A stretch of DNA of 62,183 bases, filler included, from Choristocarpus tenellus KU-1152 (Eukaryota; Protista; Phaeophyceae): NCBI GenBank assembly GCA_964200185.2. It is 11 parts of 11 records of this genome, joined end to end, with 100 filler letters (N's around TTAATTAATTAA, not from the genome) between each part and the next. Parts side by side here need not be neighbours in the genome. Positions count along the whole stretch, not along the records: positions 18,804 to 28,956 come from CAXNAD020003121.1; positions 29,057 to 32,250 come from CAXNAD020021634.1; positions 32,351 to 37,587 come from CAXNAD020011394.1; positions 37,688 to 41,765 come from CAXNAD020016336.1; 7 more parts are not named here. One strand, written 5' to 3'. The position numbers and the translations under genes were made by a program. The notes beneath the pieces were generated by a model. It saw only the letters and a program-made list of their open reading frames with translations. It ran no database searches and had not been told where the DNA came from. This document shows, one piece after another, positions 26,101 to 38,896 of this stretch (positions are counted from its first letter, which is position 1; each line of letters opens with the position of its first letter).

Positions 26101-27872
26101 AGAATGTGTAACCCACTATGAGTACTGTCCTACCTCACGACACTCCAGCCAGTACATATGGGCACTGTCCTGATGTCCCAACAAATTGTACTTGCAAAAA
26201 GAATCTGATGCTGGTTTAGTTCTTGAATTGCTCTAAGGCAAAGCTCTCATCATCTCAGGAACACCTTTTGACCTTCCGACATGCTTTATCAGCCATATGG
26301 TTACTATTGGTGATGATACTGTTCATTGATATATTTGCTGGGCAATGTAAGTGCTGGGTGTCCAGAGGATCTACTACTCTTCAAAATGAACTGCTTTACA
26401 ATCCATTTCATCAAGTGTCCTTGACCCACTTTGTCTGAGTCAGATTCTTCTTCGCTCTCCTCATCAGAGTCCCGATCTTCATCATTGTCATCGCTGCTAG
26501 TATCATTGTCATCTCCAGAGCTATTGCTGGAGGATTCTGATAGTGTTGATCTATTGCATGGGAGGATTTAGGTGTTTGAATTTATGTCCAGGAATTCATG
26601 CCGTCTCCATATGGGATTCTTGTGGAAACATTAATTTAGATACGGTTTAGACATAGGTCGAAAATACTACTCCATTCTGACATGTGCAGGGTCAGCCAGT
26701 CAAAATACAACCAGCAGATTGTGAAGCGTGTTGTAAATATCCAGATCTAGTTAGGGAGACAAGAAGTATTTTACACCCTGCTGTACACAGAGTCTTTCGA
26801 AGCTGAATATCTTCCATGACCCGCTCAGTCAAGCTTCACAGAGAGTCATAGAGTACTGGCAGGTAACCAATCTACTGCACATATGTGATTATCTTCCAAC
26901 TCCAGATATCCTTCATAGTCGTACATGTAGGTTGATGAAATATACATTCTAGTACCTTACTCAGAAATAGATCTCTCCAAGAGTTTAACCCACAGGAGTT
27001 TCACAAAGCTGCAACACATTGGATGCGGACAATCTCCTGCCCTTCCCTGATACCGACCTTTCGCCACCCTCTTCCATTTCTTCGCCCACTATTCGTGTGC
27101 CTGCTCGGGGACGGCTCCACTTCTGTGGACAGAGGGATTGGATCATGCTTGCAAATGCGCATGAACTAATTGTCAAGGTACCCCCGATACTTAAAGGAAC
27201 TGGTTGGAACCATGTTGACGGGAATAGGAAAGGACTCAAACATTGTGAACGTTGGTAAGAGATTCTCAATAGCAACGGAATATTAGCGATTGCGTGTCCT
27301 TGTACTCCTTTCTCTAGCACATGAAAACATGTCAAGAAAAGATGTGCTGTTAATCACGTCGCCATGCTGCTTCAACTGATACACAAAAGCAAGTGACTCC
27401 AAATTCTGGGAATCGCAACTTCCTCACGATCCAAGTCCGATCATGCAACTCCTCCCCTCAGTTTGTATGGCATACGGCACACAATAGGAAGCCGGGACAG
27501 CATGATAAATTCCTGAAGTTTCAGCTTAGATCTGATTCGAAATGATTTCAATAACTTACGCGCGGCTACCAACCCCTAATATTACTAACAATGACGATGA
27601 CATAGTGTTCTATGGAACAACTTCTGATCTAATATAGCCATCTCCTCTTGAAATTCCATAGCTGTTACCTTGTTCCGGCGTATGATGGCCTTCACGTCCA
27701 GAACGTAGACATAGCAAGGCCTCTTGGTCGAATGACGATGCGAACATGTTTTACAGGTCTGGCGGGGTGCACTGGTGTAGCCCTGTGCTCGACGTGGTGC
27801 AAAGCACTTGTCGCAAAAGTCTTCGTCCAGTTTGTTCGATACACCACACTGGGCACATTTCCAGTCCGACAT
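20660..27872 (-). CDS. Multi-exon gene beginning with a RanBP2-type zinc finger (first exon 27872-27669); internal exon model tentative
   Basis: MSDWKCAQCGVSNKLDEDFCDKCFAPR fits W-x-C-x2-C-x3-N-x6-C-x2-C. It is followed by CxxCxHxH..C and a GT donor at 27668. Further candidate exons: acidic D/E/S tract at ~26430-26550, ~25550-25660, 21042-21149 (clean AG/GT) and a terminal exon at ~20660-20747. Confidence 0.5.
24907..25167 (+). mobile_element. MITE family B copy, TSD AATT/AATA
   Basis: TIRs gagccaaagtatcttagagggta / taccctctaagatactttcactc. Confidence 0.85.
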
Positions 27873-28858
27873 TGACCAATCCCTCTTACCAAAACTTGAG
27901 ACTTTCAAAGGAACTTGCGTCTTTTGATGGGCATGATTCAATGGTTGCCTGTTGGTCGGTTACAAGTCGCGTGTCATCAGGTCAAATCACGCCTCGCGCA
28001 ACCCTTCTTTGTGTACTAATGCTCCTTCACCACCCACTGTTTGTAGGACAGTTACAGTTATAATAGCACAATCACAACAGCTGTATGTAAGTGGCCTCTA
28101 CCAACCTACCATACAACACAACCCCGTGTTGCTTCCAAGGACAAGGGGTTTATGGAGTGATAGTCACCACCACAACAAGGTTCCAAATATTTGTGACTGC
28201 AGTTTCAGTTCCGGATTTGAATCATCCCCATATATATATTTATGTAGCGATAAATATTCAAGATGTATACACCGATAATGATTCTAAGAATTGATACGTA
28301 TATTTGTATGTAGGGTTTGGTCCCTAAAGAAAATCTGATCATATTCTAATTTCATCATACACCTTACCATGTTCTAGGGAGTCTTTCCTGCCTTCTTGAC
28401 TACTTTGTAGGGTTATGCTAGAACATTCGTTTATTTTTTCCAACATTATTGTACAGTACATAATATTGTTAAGTTCGTAGACTAGTAGGACAGAATAATT
28501 AAAACGGTAATGTTGTTGAAGTTTTTGTGAACTCTTTTGATCTTTGCCCCTCCCCTCGGAGGCATTTTGAGTATGTTAGTAGAGGTAATATAATTCATAA
28601 CTTATTCTCTCCATGACTTCTGCAAAATGCCAGTGACCAATATGTACATGTATACATATTGTCATAAACATGACCCTTACCATTGCATTGTATCAACTCC
28701 ACTTTTTAAGAGTTTTCTTCTTACGGTGAGAGCAGCACCTCTACATGGAAGGTCGTGTACTCTATTGACTAGGTTCATGTACCCTGTTTATTTATCCACA
28801 CACAGCATATGTTTTCATGTAACTTTTATTATTACAATTGGTAAATAAAATCAACGCA

Positions 28859-28956
28859 TAACAGCCGATTTCAAAAATTGAGGATGGAGCTTTTCATTGA
28901 GGATGGAGCTTTTCATTGAGGATGGGCTTGACCCAAAATTGACTGGGATAAGGTGT
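28859..28956 (+). mobile_element. MITE family C partial copy at contig end
   Basis: Same sequence as 11197-11280, with an extra internal ~20-bp duplication. Confidence 0.8.
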
Positions 28957-29056
28957 NNNNNNNNNNNNNNNNNNNNNNNNNNNNNNNNNNNNNNNNNNNN
29001 TTAATTAATTAANNNNNNNNNNNNNNNNNNNNNNNNNNNNNNNNNNNNNNNNNNNN
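28957..29056. other. Artificial contig linker
   Basis: 44N+TTAATTAATTAA+44N. Confidence 0.99.
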
Positions 29057-29537
29057 CTTCTTGGTGACCTTTTGCATTTCCGGTTGTGCTTACGTGTGTG
29101 TGTGGGGGGGGGGAGGGGGGGGGGTTACTTGACGTGTCCGCCGGCCTGTTCTGCTTGTCATCGCAATGTTTGATTTTTATTATTGTTTTTGTTACTGGTA
29201 TTATTATTCTTATTGTTAATTGTTACCGGTTTTACGATCGTTTTTTGTTATATTGGTATTGTTTGTTGTTTTGGTATTATTATTTGTTATTGCTTTTGTT
29301 AATCTTATTATTATTAGTTTTGTTACTGGTGTTGTTACTTTATTTATTAGTCATTAGTGTTTTTGTTTTGTTGCTGTTACTATCGTTTAAACATTTTTTT
29401 GAAAGTGATCTTATTTTTTGTTGCAATTATTATTATTATTTTTTGTAACCGTTCTTGTTATTTTTGTTTTGTTTATTTTTCTGTATGTACGTAAGAGAGC
29501 GGAAAAATAAAAAAGAGAAGAGAGTGAAAACACGTAG

Positions 29538-29630
29538 GTGTGGTGGATTGTGAGCACTGGAATGGAAGGTCCTACCTACCTGCCCGTCTCAGTAAGGAGT
29601 GGTCAATCCATTGCCCTGCAGAAGGATGTT

Positions 29631-29667
<37 letters not shown>

Positions 29668-31783
29668 GGTAGTATCTGTAACGATCTTTGTATCATCTTT
29701 GTTGCTAAACCTATACCTACTATGTATAGGCTTCAGATTCTTTAAAGAAATTTGTAAAAAAGAACTGGCCTTTTTTTTCTTTCAGCACGTGCGGGGGAGG
29801 TATACATCCTATTGTGTATGATAAAGGTATACATCCTATTGTGTATGATAAAGGTATACATCCTATTGTGCACAATAAAGGTATACATCCTATTGTGTAC
29901 GATAAAGGTATACATCCTATTGTGTACGATAAACAATATGCCCCCCCTCCCCCCCCCCTCCCCTCCCTTTTTTTAAAAGCTCTTATCCTTTTGTTTGTAT
30001 TGTGTATTATGTGTGAATATACTTACGCATGTATTGTGTGTATATGTGTATCTATATGTGTTTGTGTGTGTGTGTGTAGGTGATGCTGAATTCTGATACT
30101 TTGCTGAGTTCAGGAGGTGGGTCGGACCGTGCCACCTTTGGAGTGGGAGGGGCAGTGTGTGACCTGGATGACTGCTACACGTCATGCTTTGCTGCCCATG
30201 CAGAGGCGGATGCAAACAACATTAATGCCGCAGATACTACCTGTGCCAGTATGGGTGACCTTTTAGCACCTTCTACAGATCCTGCTGGGGCTAACTGTTC
30301 TTGCAGTGACGAGGTGAATGTGTGGTGATAATAACAATAGTAGTAATGGTGGAGGTGGTGATAGATACGATATATATATATATATATAATATTAGTATAA
30401 ATAATAGTAATACTAGTGGAGATGGTGATGGATGTGATGGTATTTGTAGAGTTACTAATAATGGTAGTAATGGTGGAGGTGGTGATGTATGTGATAGTAT
30501 ATATATAATATTAGTGTAAGTAATAATAATAATATTAGTGGAGATGGTGATGGATGTGATAGTATTTATAGTATTATTAATAGTAACGATAATCTTAGTG
30601 AAGATGGTGAATATGTTAATGTTGATAGTATTAATAACAATAGTAGTAATGGTAATATTGATCATATTTACAACAATAACAGTACGAAAGATGCAGTAGT
30701 AGTAATGATAAAAAACAATAATATTTGTAATGGTAGTTTACTTGGAATAAAATATGGCGGTCATGAAAACGATGATGCACAATAACGCCTGTCTAGTTGT
30801 GTGTGAGTGAGTGTGTGTGTACAACTAATGTGTGTGATATGCAGTCCGTACATTGGAATGTTTGGTGTAGTGTTTTACTTCCCATTTATTTGAATGAAAG
30901 TCAACTTCAATCACCTCTTGAAGAGGCATATATCTGGAAAATTCTTTTTATTTTTCAAACTGGTGGTCAAAATTTCAATCATTGAAGGGGTTGTCTCCTT
31001 ACTGGTTTTTCGTGTTCATGTTTGAATGATGAGGACAAGATCTTGTTCAGACAACCCCCCCCCCCCTTTTTTTTTTTTTCATTTTTCCATTTTTTCTCTT
31101 ATGAAAAATAATAATTATTTTTTTTTGAATATTAAAATAAGTTCTATTAACGGGGTAATGTAACGCACAAGACAAACTTATCCTTTTTTTTTCTTGCAAT
31201 TGTTATTTATTGTTTTTGCCAGGAGGTGGATGAAGGATTTAGTATTGGTAATCCCTTTTTCTACAATGAAATCAAATCTGATTTATAAATATGTATGTAT
31301 GTATGTATTTGTCTATATTTTGTAAAATTTATACTCTGTTTTCACGACCACTCTTATCCCTACAAAATTGTGCTGGAATACACCTTTCTTTGTTCCTCCT
31401 GCCCCTGCCCCCTTCCACCATACACACACACACACACACACTTAACCTTTTGCTTTTTGCCTTTCTCTTTTTTTCTTTTCTATTCTATTCTATTCTCTTG
31501 TCTTTGCTTTTCTTTCTCTTCTCTTCTCTTCTCTTCTCTTCTCTTTTCTTCTCTTCTCTTCTCTTCTCTAAAAAAAAAAAAGCTCACGGTCCGACTTCGG
31601 TGTTTGAATGAGGGCTGCGCTAGTCGAAGTCAGTGCTACCTTACCGGTGATGTCATCTCCACGGTGGTGCTCTGGAACGACCAAGTTGACATTGTGGTAT
31701 ACACCTCTGGCATTGGTTTTTCCTTTGATGCTGCTGCTGTGGAGAGCGCCGTGGCTCTTTGGCTTAACGTGGACGTGTCTGCG
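29538..31783 (+). CDS. Cys-rich, probably extracellular protein, partial; exons 29538-29591, 30080-30313, 31583-31783
   Basis: Three GC-richer, AG/GT-bounded phase-0 exons that stay open when joined: VWWIVSTGMEGPTYLPVS|VMLNSD...VCDLDDCYTSC...CSCSDE|LTVRLRCLNEGC...AVALWLNVDVSA. Confidence 0.6.
29799..29932. repeat. 27-bp tandem repeat, 5 copies (intronic)
   Basis: (gtatacatcctattgtgtaygataaag)n. Confidence 0.95.
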
Positions 31784-32250
31784 GTGAGTTCGAGTTTTTG
31801 AAAGGAAAAAAAAGAAAAAAAAAGGAAAAAAAGGAAACCGAATTAAATAAAAATAAATACGTCGAGTGTATGTATGCGTGCATATTTATTTATTTATTTT
31901 GAAAGGGGTATGGGGTTATTTATTTTTTGGTTTTGTTCTCTCGTGAGGGTTGTGTATTCTTTTTTTTATTGTTGATTTGTGTGTGTGTTTCTTTGTTCTG
32001 TGCACTGGCTCTATTTTTTTTTAAATACCATGGGGTCTGGGGGGACATTCCTCAGATGATATGATGCATTGACAAATGATATAATCCTAATAGTAATGGT
32101 AATAATAATAATAATAATATTTTTATTAAACAGTGATTTTATTATATATTGTTAGGTGTGACCTAATTGCGTTTTTTGTCTCAGTCATTTTTGTACTGTT
32201 GCATTTTTTTAAAATTTTTGTAGGGTAAGGGTAGGGGGGGAGATGGAAGG

Positions 32251-32350
32251 NNNNNNNNNNNNNNNNNNNNNNNNNNNNNNNNNNNNNNNNNNNNTTAATT
32301 AATTAANNNNNNNNNNNNNNNNNNNNNNNNNNNNNNNNNNNNNNNNNNNN
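32251..32350. other. Artificial contig linker
   Basis: 44N+TTAATTAATTAA+44N. Confidence 0.99.
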
Positions 32351-32623
32351 TGTTGTGTTGTTTTTTGGTGGCTACACCAGGGTGTCCATTCGGACCCTGA
32401 CCAGGAAAGGTGCTCTTACATTTTCTATCTGACACATGCAACCAAATCACCCAATAATTAGGACAGGGAAAAATGGGCCCTGAATGGACAGCCGCCACCC
32501 CCCTCAGATAATTTGAGTCTGAAACCACCCATAGCCTCCAGCAAGTATTCACATTCGTTTCACATTGTACGATGTTGGGGTGGGCATATCTTGCGACTGA
32601 TGCTGTACTCTTGATACACATAG

Positions 32624-35266
32624 CTAGTGAAGGAAGGTGATAGGGAGACCAAGACAACAATAATTAACAAGTACCGTGTGGAGAAGGAGGTGGGCAAAGG
32701 GAGCTACGGCTCCGTGTACAGTGTTGTGCATGTCAGCACTGGTGTCAGATATGCCATGAAGGTGCGACCTGTTGACTCTCGAATTTTTCAGAAGACTCCT
32801 TGAACTCAACCGACAGATAGGAAATGGATGAGGATTGGGAGTGGGGTAGGAGAGGGGGGAGCGTAAGCCTAGCTTGTTGAGTGCTGTTTTAATAACCATT
32901 GATGTCCATATTGGATCACATCGAGTGAGCAGTGCATGTATTAAACCTTGAATTTGCCTCCGTGGACAAATGAAACCTAAAAATAGGTGATCAATAAGGC
33001 CAAGAATGGACCTAGAAGTGACCGCCTTCGTGAGAGTCTCCAGAGGGAGGTGGAGGTGATGAAGAAGCTGCGGCACCCCAACTTAGTCACTCTATGGGAG
33101 GTGATAGATGATCCACGCGCACAAAAGGCACGTTCCTAAGCTCACAAATCCTGGAGAGGAGGATTTCGATTGAAAGACAGTGAAACTGCCCCACCAGAGT
33201 GGGTCAATATTTGAAATCCAATCTTTTTCTTCCTACGGTGCAATGACCATTCTGAGATGCTTACCCCTTCTAATGTGGTAAGATATCTACATAATTAGTC
33301 ATAGGCTGATCTCAATTAGTGTCAGGAAGGCAAACATACTCAAGGGCGCCTTCCTCTCATATCTTCTTTGTAGGTGTACATGATCCAAGAATACATGGAG
33401 AAAGGAGCCGTCCTTCCTGAGAACTTTTCTGTCGAGCCTCTTTCAGAGGAGGTTGCATTGGCAGTCTTTGTTCAGGTGACAGCCCTTGCGTGATCCATTC
33501 GCAAGGGTGTTGTACGGGTATGTATGCAACATAACGTTTCCCGATACTAAGACCATGTCACCACTAGCAGTAGTCCTCTCCCCACAGGCACCCTTCCAAA
33601 ATACGCACATGTGTGAGAAATTCTAAGCACAAGCACTACCAATCAATAACTATGGACAAATTGAATTTGTTTCCACCAGTCAACAACTTCCTTTTCTCAG
33701 TCACATACTCTGAGGCAATGGCATTTGCGTTACTTTTGCCCCTAGAATATGCTCAGGGTGATAGCGGATATCCTTACTCTTGAATGAAAATCTAGAGGGA
33801 CTCACACATTCCACATAGCAACTCAGCAGCCTCCCGATCTCCTCAATTCATCTGTAGGCTGCTCGTGGTCTGCACTACCTGCACTCACACAGCATCTGCC
33901 ATGGTGACATAAAGCCTTCCAATCTACTTGAGAGTCAGTCGGGACAGGTGGGAATGAAGGGGCGACAGGTGGGGTTCATATTGTCCTAAAATGCATTTTT
34001 AGTGCTGTAAGGTAGACTGGAACAGCACAAAAAATAATTAGTCCCATAAGTGTATCGTCAGAAGCAAAATATCTTAACGTTAACCTCTAAGGCAGAGCCT
34101 TTGCATTAGTGCATACAATACAAAAAAAGTAATGTGATTAAGGTATGTATAACAATCCGAACTTCATGCTCCACAAATATGTTTCTAAGAATATAACTTT
34201 CCGTCCCTTGTAGATTTTACGAAAGTTATTTTCAAGGTTGGAAAAAGGTCTTGCCTGTTTTCACATTTAGTCCATTACTCGTGAATATAATGGGACCAAG
34301 TTGCGTATGCCCTAACATATAAAGTAACTGCAAATTTGCTGTATTTACCTCACCAAGCTTTTACATTATGAACGTGTGGCATTTCTGCCCGGAGACATGT
34401 ACATTATTTCAGCCTGCCTAATGTCATGGATTCTTCCATTAAATAGCCATCAGAATACACCTCAGTATGTCTGTCTTTGACCTCCAGCACAAAGTCAACA
34501 CAACAGGACCTTTGCAACAGATCTGTGTAGCATTGGTTGTGCAGAAAATGCGATGAAAGATGTGATTTTACTCTTCCTATTCCCTCTTTTTTCATCTCCA
34601 ACCTTGTCTAGAGCACTACTCCATGCGCTTTGGTCATGAATTGTTCACTGCTTGAAGTCTATGCCATACTCTCTTCAAAGGTATGCTTATATCAAATCCC
34701 ACCCATTCTTTTGGACGAAAATGTGAATATATATACGTTTTTCGAAATTGGATGTAGAATCTGGCATGTCACTTCCACCCCAATCAACTAGTGTTCTGAT
34801 TCTCGTTGACCTCATATCCCAAAGATCAAGATTGGAGACTTCGGGGCCTGTTTTGTAGTGGATGAGAATGAAGGGGAGGGTGAAATATCTGAGGACACTG
34901 ACCTGGTTGGGGATAAGGGTGGGGGCGAGGGAGAGCCAAGACAGATCCACAAAAAGAAGCAGGTTAGTTCAAGTTATATACTCTAGTTGGGGCTGCTAAT
35001 GATGAAATGCATGGCATGGTGATGAAATTACCAGGGAAATATTTTTTGAGGAATCACATGTACTGAGTACAAGTATGTTCTCCTAGCAATCAATGCTACA
35101 GCTACATTTCTCATCACTCAGGTGTCAAGAAGATCTCTGATTTGGATCAATAACAATATCTCCATTAACTTGATTGTCACACCCGCCCATTCGACCTCCA
35201 ATGCTTCATCACATTTAACATGATCCCAAATAATCTTATCACCTCTGCACACATAGCTCCTTAGCA

Positions 35267-35339
<73 letters not shown>

Positions 35340-36299
35340 CAATACCTCGACCAATGGCTTGTTTCGATTCCCCTCCTTCATACGGCTCTTGGATGAGAAG
35401 AAGCAGGTCATTGGCACTCCAGCGTTCCTGGCACCAGAACTCTTTGGGGAAGATGGTATGTCGAATCTGTCATATGCTTGTGATGTCTGGGCGCTTGGAG
35501 CATCACTCTATCAGATGATTGTGGGGCGGACACCGTGGTTGGCATCAACGTGAGACAAGCCTGGGCTGATTTCTTTCTATACCTTCATCCCTACCTATAT
35601 CTTCATCATTGAGCAAATCCGGTAGTCTTACTACTTCTTGCAATCAAGCCCCCTCCTCTCTATCATGACCAATCTCCATCCCAATACACCTAAACTTGTC
35701 TGTGGTCTGTTCCCTTAATGTATATTCTATCAGGTTCTCTCCCTCTATGCCGGATGCACAAAAGTCTACTTCACCTGAAATTTTCCCTCAAACTCCACCC
35801 ATTGCACATCTTTTCATTGACTTCTTACCCTTGTTGTAATCTGTATTTTCTTAGTAAGAACTGAAAATGTTTTCCCCTACCTCGAGACATCATCAACACC
35901 ACATCTGACCCTGGAAAATGGATTTACTTGCAGCAATACAAGCAGCTCTCAACAATCCTCTCACTACCTAGTATTCACCCGCAGACACCATACCCAGAAA
36001 ATGATAAACACATATGATTGAGCATGAGATATCTCAATTCTGAAACGATATTTCCATGTTCGAAATTCGTGCCCCATCCTTTGGCCTTTTCTCAATCTCT
36101 GTCTTGAGTTGTGATCTTCCTGATCTTGATGGCAAATATTTTGCGGGGTGGTCACTTTCCATGTTATTGGTGGTGGCTTTCATGGGGCGCGAAACGTGAT
36201 CCACAGACATGCTGAACTTGAGCACGCAGTGAGATTCGAGTTGTTGACTTTCCCAGATGGTCATGAGATAGAACCTCACATTATCAACCTCCTGCACAG
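32624..36299 (+). CDS. Ser/Thr protein kinase, CaMKK/GRIK(SnAK)-like, partial; exons 32624-32761, 32987-33127, 33374-33475, 33858-33947, 34825-34962, 35407-35549, 36207-36299
   Basis: All subdomains in order and in frame: [83 protein letters not shown] and HGD are typical of the CaMKK/GRIK group. Confidence 0.92.
35267..35337. repeat. ~70-nt poly-C tract in kinase intron
   Basis: Directly visible; true length unreliable. Confidence 0.7.
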
Positions 36300-36900
36300 G
36301 TAAAGTTCATGTGCCTATTTAGGATCACCACTTTGAAAAGGTTGAGAAATGCTCTCTGAACCGCTCTACTTTGTCTGGTGGTAGTGTTGCAGTCTGAGAT
36401 AGGATCAGTGTGTAGGCATGGGTCTATAGATTTCTTGTTGAGGGGGGAAGATCCTCATATTAAAAAAAAAGGTGTACTATCGTGTTGGCTCTCCTCAAAC
36501 GTTTTGAACAGACTGTGCCAATTGATCTCAAAGTGCCCCTTACATGTACACCAGTACACAACCTCTAATTTTTTCAGATCGGAATCCTTTCGAGAATGTG
36601 TAACTTTGGACACAAACTATTTCCATCAGATGGGATATATTTTAGAGAACAGAACTGCTAAGTTAGATGAGAGATGTATTTTTGTATTGTGATTTTTTTT
36701 TTGTAAGTTATTTGGATGAAGATTGATTATGTGCAGAGATGAAGCTGTGTTACAGACTATACCTTGTGAGTGCTTTGAAGTACCGTTTTTTCTTTGGTTT
36801 TGTTCATAGACATGTCAATCATTTTCAAAACGAAGTCTAATGTATTATTAGTGATGTTGCCAAAAATAATGGCATCCGACTGAGAACAGAAAAATTGATG

Positions 36901-37073
36901 TCAAGTCTATATAATTAGAAGTGGTCGCAGCAGCATTCTGTTAAGCTCTCAAGCCAGAAATCGCTCATACTGTTGATGCCCTAACTCAAGTCTATATAAT
37001 TAGAAGTGGTAGCAGCAGCATTCTGTTAAGCTCTCAAGCCAGAAATCGCTCATACTGTTGATGCCCTAACTCA
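36901..37073. repeat. ~86-bp near-perfect tandem duplication
   Basis: tcaagtctatataattagaagtggt[c/a]gcagc...gatgccctaac twice, one mismatch seen. Confidence 0.95.
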
Positions 37074-37524
37074 GGATCCGGGTAGATGTTTGGTCACCCA
37101 GAGATGACCCCACACTGCTTGTGGAATACATGATGACTTTGTTCATCTTTCACAGTCGTATTCCAAAATTCGGTGTGTGAAATTTCGTACAACTCTACGC
37201 TCGACGTTTTTCTGGACTCCTCCAGAGTTAGAAGATTGTATCACTATCAGGAAACCAATCGCAGGACACAAGAAGAGTATGGCACGAGCTTCAATTCTCT
37301 AGCTCATAGTTAACACACTGAGTTAATATAGTTTTCAAGAAAAGCTCGTCTGTCAAAATCTTCGCATATCCTGGAGAGACTAGTGTGAAGGATTAGATTG
37401 TGGATGCAGGTCTTAGGTGTGTGCAGAATGCTGTAGCATATGGAAAACCGATGTTGCCTTTGCAATTGGCGCAGGCATCTGCTCTGTACTCCCTCTTGCT
37501 CTTAACAAATGGAGTAAAAAGAAA

Positions 37525-37587
37525 GGCTCAAAGTATCTGGGGGGGGGTGGCGGCTGTACATTTGGCGTCAATTTTTTCATATCGCGA
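37525..37587 (+). mobile_element. MITE family A left end at contig break
   Basis: ggctcaaagtatctgggggggggtggcggctg... Confidence 0.75.
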
Positions 37588-37687
37588 NNNNNNNNNNNNN
37601 NNNNNNNNNNNNNNNNNNNNNNNNNNNNNNNTTAATTAATTAANNNNNNNNNNNNNNNNNNNNNNNNNNNNNNNNNNNNNNNNNNNN
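37588..37687. other. Artificial contig linker
   Basis: 44N+TTAATTAATTAA+44N. Confidence 0.99.
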
Positions 37688-37754
37688 CTGTGGGAAGCCA
37701 AGCCCCAAGTGGACAAACAGGGCAAAACTCGTACCGTCTAAGATACTTTCACTC
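37688..37754 (+). mobile_element. MITE family B right end at contig start
   Basis: gggaagccaagcccc...ctaagatactttcactc. Confidence 0.8.
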
Positions 37755-38139
37755 GTACATGTTTTTACTTTTTGATTGGTAACTCCCTCATTTAGATTGT
37801 GAGTTCATGCATTAAGTGTACCTGATACACAATTTGATGAGATATGTTCAGAGTTAATGTATCCATAACCTTCTTCATAAGGTAACAAGCCCCTACGCAG
37901 AGCGTGCATGATTCCTTTGAATGCACTACAGAACAATACCTCATGCCACAGTATTCAACCTCCATCCATGCAGAGCATGTAACAAGATTAATCACACTGA
38001 AATTTATCGGTCTTTCATTGCACTATGTCACCCTTCACATACAAGACTTCAAGCGTCTACACTGAGCACTTCACCAGAACCACCAATAAATGTAATTCAA
38101 GGTTCAACAGGTTATGAGCTTCACACGATTCCCCTTGGT

Positions 38140-38895
38140 TAAACGTGAATATGCCAGGGGTAGGTACCTGGTAGGTACCTCTGTTGTGGAGACAGGTGTG
38201 TACACGGCAAGAGGTAGGGATAGTGTTGGTTTCTGCACTATATCTGGAAGGGCTCAAGGTAGATAAGACCAGACAGAGTGCCGCCCAGCACATCAAAGAC
38301 AAACCTAGCAGGTTACTGAGAGAACAAAAGCACAATAGTGGAATCGTGAAAGTGATACCCCATAGTACTCCCCAAAGACAAGTTGGTGGATCTCAAAACC
38401 CTCATCGTGCTTAAGCCATTGACCAGTGAGCCATGTGTATGGCACTCGCCGATGAGCTCAAAGTATTTGGGGAATGGCGACTGTCCATTTGGGGTCAATT
38501 TTTTCACGTCGTGCTTTTTGGGTGATTTGGTTGCATAAGTCGGATGGATGATGTAAATACACTTTTCCTTAATTTGCCCCAAATGGACACCCTGGTGTAG
38601 ATCCCCCTCCCACACAGATACTTTGGCTCATGCACCAAGAAATGGTGGAAATGACTGATCCAACCCAGGCAATGGGAAAGAGAAGGCGAAGGGTTCAGAT
38701 AATCTTCTTCAAGAGATACAACCTGGCCTACGTGAGAACAAAGTTATCTTCCAGAGTTTCAACAATATTGTGTTGACTATGTGGGACCAGGAAGTTATGA
38801 CGCAGGTTAAACAGATGTGATCATCAAAGTCGTCCATAAGAAGAAGAAGGATCGGACTGATTGAGGTAGCTGTCGGGGCGCTTGTTGGCAGCACA
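38140..38895 (+). mobile_element. Degenerate LINE (RTE/L1-like) fragment upstream of and into the start of the RT domain
   Basis: Broken frames read ...AQHIKDKPSRLLRE..., AMG..KAKGSDNL, IFQSFNNIVLTMWDQE and DVIIKVVHKKKKDRTD*GSCRG. These resemble the LINE RT motifs KAxGPDG and I..LHKKKD..C.NYRGISL. Stops and frameshifts present. Confidence 0.7.
38455..38629 (+). mobile_element. MITE family A, complete copy inserted in the LINE remnant
   Basis: TIRs gctcaaagtattt / agatactttggctc; ATG on both flanks. Confidence 0.8.
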
Positions 38896-38896
38896 C

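Noticed and set aside
29086-31611. Hydrophobic Leu/Ile/Phe-rich 'membrane protein' ORFs
   Set aside because: Translations of low-complexity T-rich or ATA-rich intronic DNA.
35118-35417. Poly-Gly ORF on the minus strand
   Set aside because: Produced by an intronic poly-C run antisense to the kinase; the run length may be a sequencing artefact.
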